DNA from: Pseudomonadota bacterium
GTDB lineage: Bacteria; Pseudomonadota; Gammaproteobacteria; Acidithiobacillales; Acidithiobacillaceae
DNA length: 38,390 bases
Assembly (NCBI GenBank): GCA_021827445.1
Contig: JAKAVW010000001.1
Span: 1 to 38,390 of the forward strand
Direction of reading: 5' to 3'
The notes below the pieces were generated by a model. That model was not told the origin of the DNA, did not search any database, and worked only from the letters and a program-made list of their open reading frames with translations. Below are positions 35,707 to 38,390 of this stretch, in pieces. A program made the translations under genes and the position numbers. Position 1 is the first letter of the stretch. Each line of letters starts with the position of its first letter.

Positions 35707-37326
35707 ATGTCGTCATCCCCTGTTGCTGCGGCCTCGGCCGACGCGTTTATTGACGCCATTCGGCGTCGCCGCACCTTTGCCATCATCTCCCACCCCGATG
35801 CCGGCAAGACGACACTGACCGAAAAACTCCTGCTCTTCGGGGGTGCGATTCAGTTGGCGGGGACGGTCAAGGCGCGCAAAAGCAGTCGTCACGCCACCAG
35901 CGATTGGATGGCCATTGAAAAGAGTCGCGGCATTTCCGTCGCCAGTTCGGTGATGCAGTTTGAATATGATGAGCATGTCATCAATTTGCTGGACACGCCG
36001 GGTCATCAGGACTTCTCCGAAGATACTTACCGGGTACTGACGGCGGTGGATTCGGCGCTGATGGTGATCGACGGTGGCAATGGCGTTGAGGCGCAGACCA
36101 TCAAGCTGCTGGAAGTCTGCCGCCTGCGCGATACCCCCATCATCACCTTTATGAACAAGTTCGACCGTGAAAGCCGCGATCCGACGGAATTGCTGGATGA
36201 GGTGGAGTCGGTACTGGGTATCCGGTGCGCGCCGGTCACCTGGCCAATCGGTATGGGCAAGCGTTTCCGGGGGGTCTACCACTTGCTGCGCGATGAGGTG
36301 CTGGTGTTCGCCGCTGGTGAGGAAACCCGGGAGCAGACGGTGGAGCGGATTGCCGGGATCAATAACCCGGAGTTGGATCGCCGCTTTCCTGAAGAGATGT
36401 CTGAGTTGCGGGAACAGGTGGACTTACTGCGTGGTGCCTCCCACCCCTTCGCGCTGGAGGATTTTCTAGAGGGACAGCAGACGCCAGTGTTTTTCGGCTC
36501 GGCCATCAATAACTTCGGGGTGCGGGAATTGCTGGGGGCCCTTATCGACTGGGCGCCTTCACCTCGCCCCCGTCCCACCACGGGGCGGACGGTGCGGCCT
36601 GAAGAAGAGGCTTTCAGCGGTTTTGTGTTCAAGATTCAGGCCAATATGGACCCCCAGCATCGCGACCGGGTGGCGTTTCTCCGGGTCTGCTCCGGGCACT
36701 TTCAGCGAGGCATGAAGATTAAACATTTGCGCCTGGGACGGGATATTCAGGTGCATAATCCCATTACTTTCCTCGCCCAGGAGCGGGAGCTGGTGGAGGA
36801 AGCCTTCGCCGGTGACATCATCGGCCTGCATAATCACGGCAGCATTCAGATTGGCGATAGTTTCAGTCAGGGTGAAGCTCTGCAGTTCACCGGGATTCCC
36901 TACTTTGCGCCGGAGTTGTTCCGCCGGGTGCGCCTGCGTAACCCGCTCAAGGCCAAGCAACTGCAAAAGGGGCTGCAGCAGTTGGCGGAGGAAGGCGCCA
37001 CCCAGGTCTTCAAACCGCGGCAAGGTGGGGATATGATTCTTGGTGCGGTCGGCGTACTGCAATTTGATGTGGTAGCGGAACGGCTGAAAACCGAATATGC
37101 CGTCGACGCGATTTTCGAGCCGGTGACGGTGCAGGCGGCGCGCTGGATTCAGTGTGATGACCCCAAAATACTTGCCGAATTTACCCGCAGGCATGAAGAA
37201 CAGCTCGCCGAAGATGCGGGGGATCGCCTCGCCTATCTGGCGCCTTCTCGCGTTAATCTGGACCTTACTATGGAGCGCTGGCCACAGGTGGTGTTCCATG
37301 CTACCCGGGAGCACGCGGGAACCTGA
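35707..37326 (+). CDS. prfC: Peptide chain release factor 3
   Basis: [51 protein letters not shown]. Confidence 0.98.
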   Translation: MSSSPVAAASADAFIDAIRRRRTFAIISHPDAGKTTLTEKLLLFGGAIQLAGTVKARKSSRHATSDWMAIEKSRGISVASSVMQFEYDEHVINLLDTPGHQDFSEDTYRVLTAVDSALMVIDGGNGVEAQTIKLLEVCRLRDTPIITFMNKFDRESRDPTELLDEVESVLGIRCAPVTWPIGMGKRFRGVYHLLRDEVLVFAAGEETREQTVERIAGINNPELDRRFPEEMSELREQVDLLRGASHPFALEDFLEGQQTPVFFGSAINNFGVRELLGALIDWAPSPRPRPTTGRTVRPEEEAFSGFVFKIQANMDPQHRDRVAFLRVCSGHFQRGMKIKHLRLGRDIQVHNPITFLAQERELVEEAFAGDIIGLHNHGSIQIGDSFSQGEALQFTGIPYFAPELFRRVRLRNPLKAKQLQKGLQQLAEEGATQVFKPRQGGDMILGAVGVLQFDVVAERLKTEYAVDAIFEPVTVQAARWIQCDDPKILAEFTRRHEEQLAEDAGDRLAYLAPSRVNLDLTMERWPQVVFHATREHAGT

Positions 37327-37347
37327 TCCAAAGCGAAGGAGGAAGCC

Positions 37348-37791
37348 ATGCTTCGATGCGTGATACTTTTGCTGGTCGTCGGCTTGTGGCCCCTCGCGGC
37401 GCTGGCGCAGGATCTGGAATCCCTGCGCAATCAGGCCGAACAGGACCCAGCCGCGCTGGCGCGTTTGCAGCAGGCGGCATCAGCGCGGGATGCCAAGGCC
37501 GCCTTCTACCTCGGTACCCTCTACTCGCCTCTGATCACCCGCCAGGAAAGTACCGTCGTCAAAGGCTGGCCGGAGACCTTGCACTGGTACCGTCAGGCGG
37601 CTCGCCTCGGCTGCGCCCGGGCGGATTTTGACCTGGGTCTGGTTTATGAAGAGGGCCTGGGCGTCGCCAAAAATACGCAACGTGCGCGCAAGTATTTCTC
37701 ACGGATGGCGGCAATAGCCCGTACTGAGACGGCATCGCCGTCATCAGCAAGTTCTGCGGTTGGGCGGTACACGGGTATCCATAAGGACTAA
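37348..37791 (+). CDS. Secreted Sel1-repeat protein
   Basis: Signal peptide; AAFYLGTLY and ADFDLGLVYEEGLGVAKN Sel1 repeats; AGGAGG RBS. Confidence 0.82.
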   Translation: MLRCVILLLVVGLWPLAALAQDLESLRNQAEQDPAALARLQQAASARDAKAAFYLGTLYSPLITRQESTVVKGWPETLHWYRQAARLGCARADFDLGLVYEEGLGVAKNTQRARKYFSRMAAIARTETASPSSASSAVGRYTGIHKD

Positions 37792-37837
37792 GGTAAGGGC
37801 CGATGATGTGAAAATTAGCGGCCTTTTCTCTAACGGA

Positions 37838-38390
37838 TCATTGGGCCAGTGTCTGCGCCAGGCGCCGATACTGGATGGCTTCCGCCAGATGCTGGATACT
37901 GATCGGATCGCTCTCTTCCAGATCCGCAATACTGCGGGCGACGCGCAGCACCCGATGGTAACCGCGTGCGGAGAGATGCAGGGTCTCGGTGGCGCGGCTG
38001 AGCAGGCGGGTGCCCACTGCATCCAGGGCGCAAAACTGCTCCAGCAGTTCGCCCTGAAGTTGCGCGTTGCGTATCTGCTGGCGTTGCCACTGACGTTCAA
38101 CGGCCTGCGCTATGCGTTCGCGCCAGTAGGCGGAACTTTCGCCCTGTGCCGCCTCTTGCAAGGCGCTCACCGGCAGGGCGGGCACTTCCATCTGGATGTC
38201 GATGCGGTCCAGCAGCGGGCCGGAGAGCCGGCTGCGGTATTGGCTGACCTGCGCCGGGGTACAGCGGCACATCTGCTGCGGATCACCGAGATGGCCGCAG
38301 GGACAGGGATTCATCGCCGCGACCAACTGAAAACGGGCCGGAAAAGTGGCCCGCCGCGCCGCCCTGGCGATATGGATTTCTCCGGATTCC
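37838..38390 (-). CDS. comM: YifB/ComM Mg-chelatase-like AAA ATPase, C-terminal part (partial)
   Basis: FPARFQLVAAMNPCPCG, SGPLLDRID, LSARGYHRVLRVARSIADL, EAIQYR; the frame runs off the window end. Confidence 0.93.
   Translation of the reverse strand, partial: ESGEIHIARAARRATFPARFQLVAAMNPCPCGHLGDPQQMCRCTPAQVSQYRSRLSGPLLDRIDIQMEVPALPVSALQEAAQGESSAYWRERIAQAVERQWQRQQIRNAQLQGELLEQFCALDAVGTRLLSRATETLHLSARGYHRVLRVARSIADLEESDPISIQHLAEAIQYRRLAQTLAQ

Noticed and set aside
1-38390. CRISPR arrays, IS/transposases, integrases, rRNA/tRNA
   Set aside because: No regularly spaced repeats, transposase/integrase motifs or RNA gene signatures were seen by eye; a covariance-model scan would be needed to exclude small RNAs.

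Overview
Gene-dense, GC-rich bacterial chromosome segment. The gene content (sHdr cluster, feoP-A-B-C) suggests an acidophilic sulfur/iron chemolithotroph such as Acidithiobacillus; this is inference from recognised families, not a database result. 1-9.6 kb: sulfur-oxidising heterodisulfide-reductase-like (sHdr) cluster (end of hdrB1, hdrA, conserved hypothetical, hdrC2, hdrB2), two lipoate-binding proteins flanking a DsrE protein, and the LipS1-sLpl(AB)-LipT-LipS2 lipoate assembly genes. 9.8-23 kb: a poorly characterised accessory block with a FadL/TodX outer-membrane channel, a second lipoate ligase-like gene, a pseudo-receiver protein, an orphan CbbQ/CbbO-like AAA+/vWA pair coupled to an HDAC-family deacylase and an aldo-keto reductase, a LysR regulator, a catalytically degenerate glutamine amidotransferase and DedA. 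23-30 kb: polyamine genes (puuD-like, aguB), a porin-feoABC operon with a Fur box, and dsbG. 30-38 kb: a candidate small transcript/sORF, an NlpC/P60 peptidase, small hypotheticals and housekeeping genes (DinG/YoaA, tsaB, rimI, prfC, Sel1 protein, partial comM/yifB). No rRNA, tRNA, CRISPR array or transposase was recognised. The best candidate for an undescribed system is the AAA+/vWA + deacylase + AKR operon attached to the sHdr/lipoate locus.
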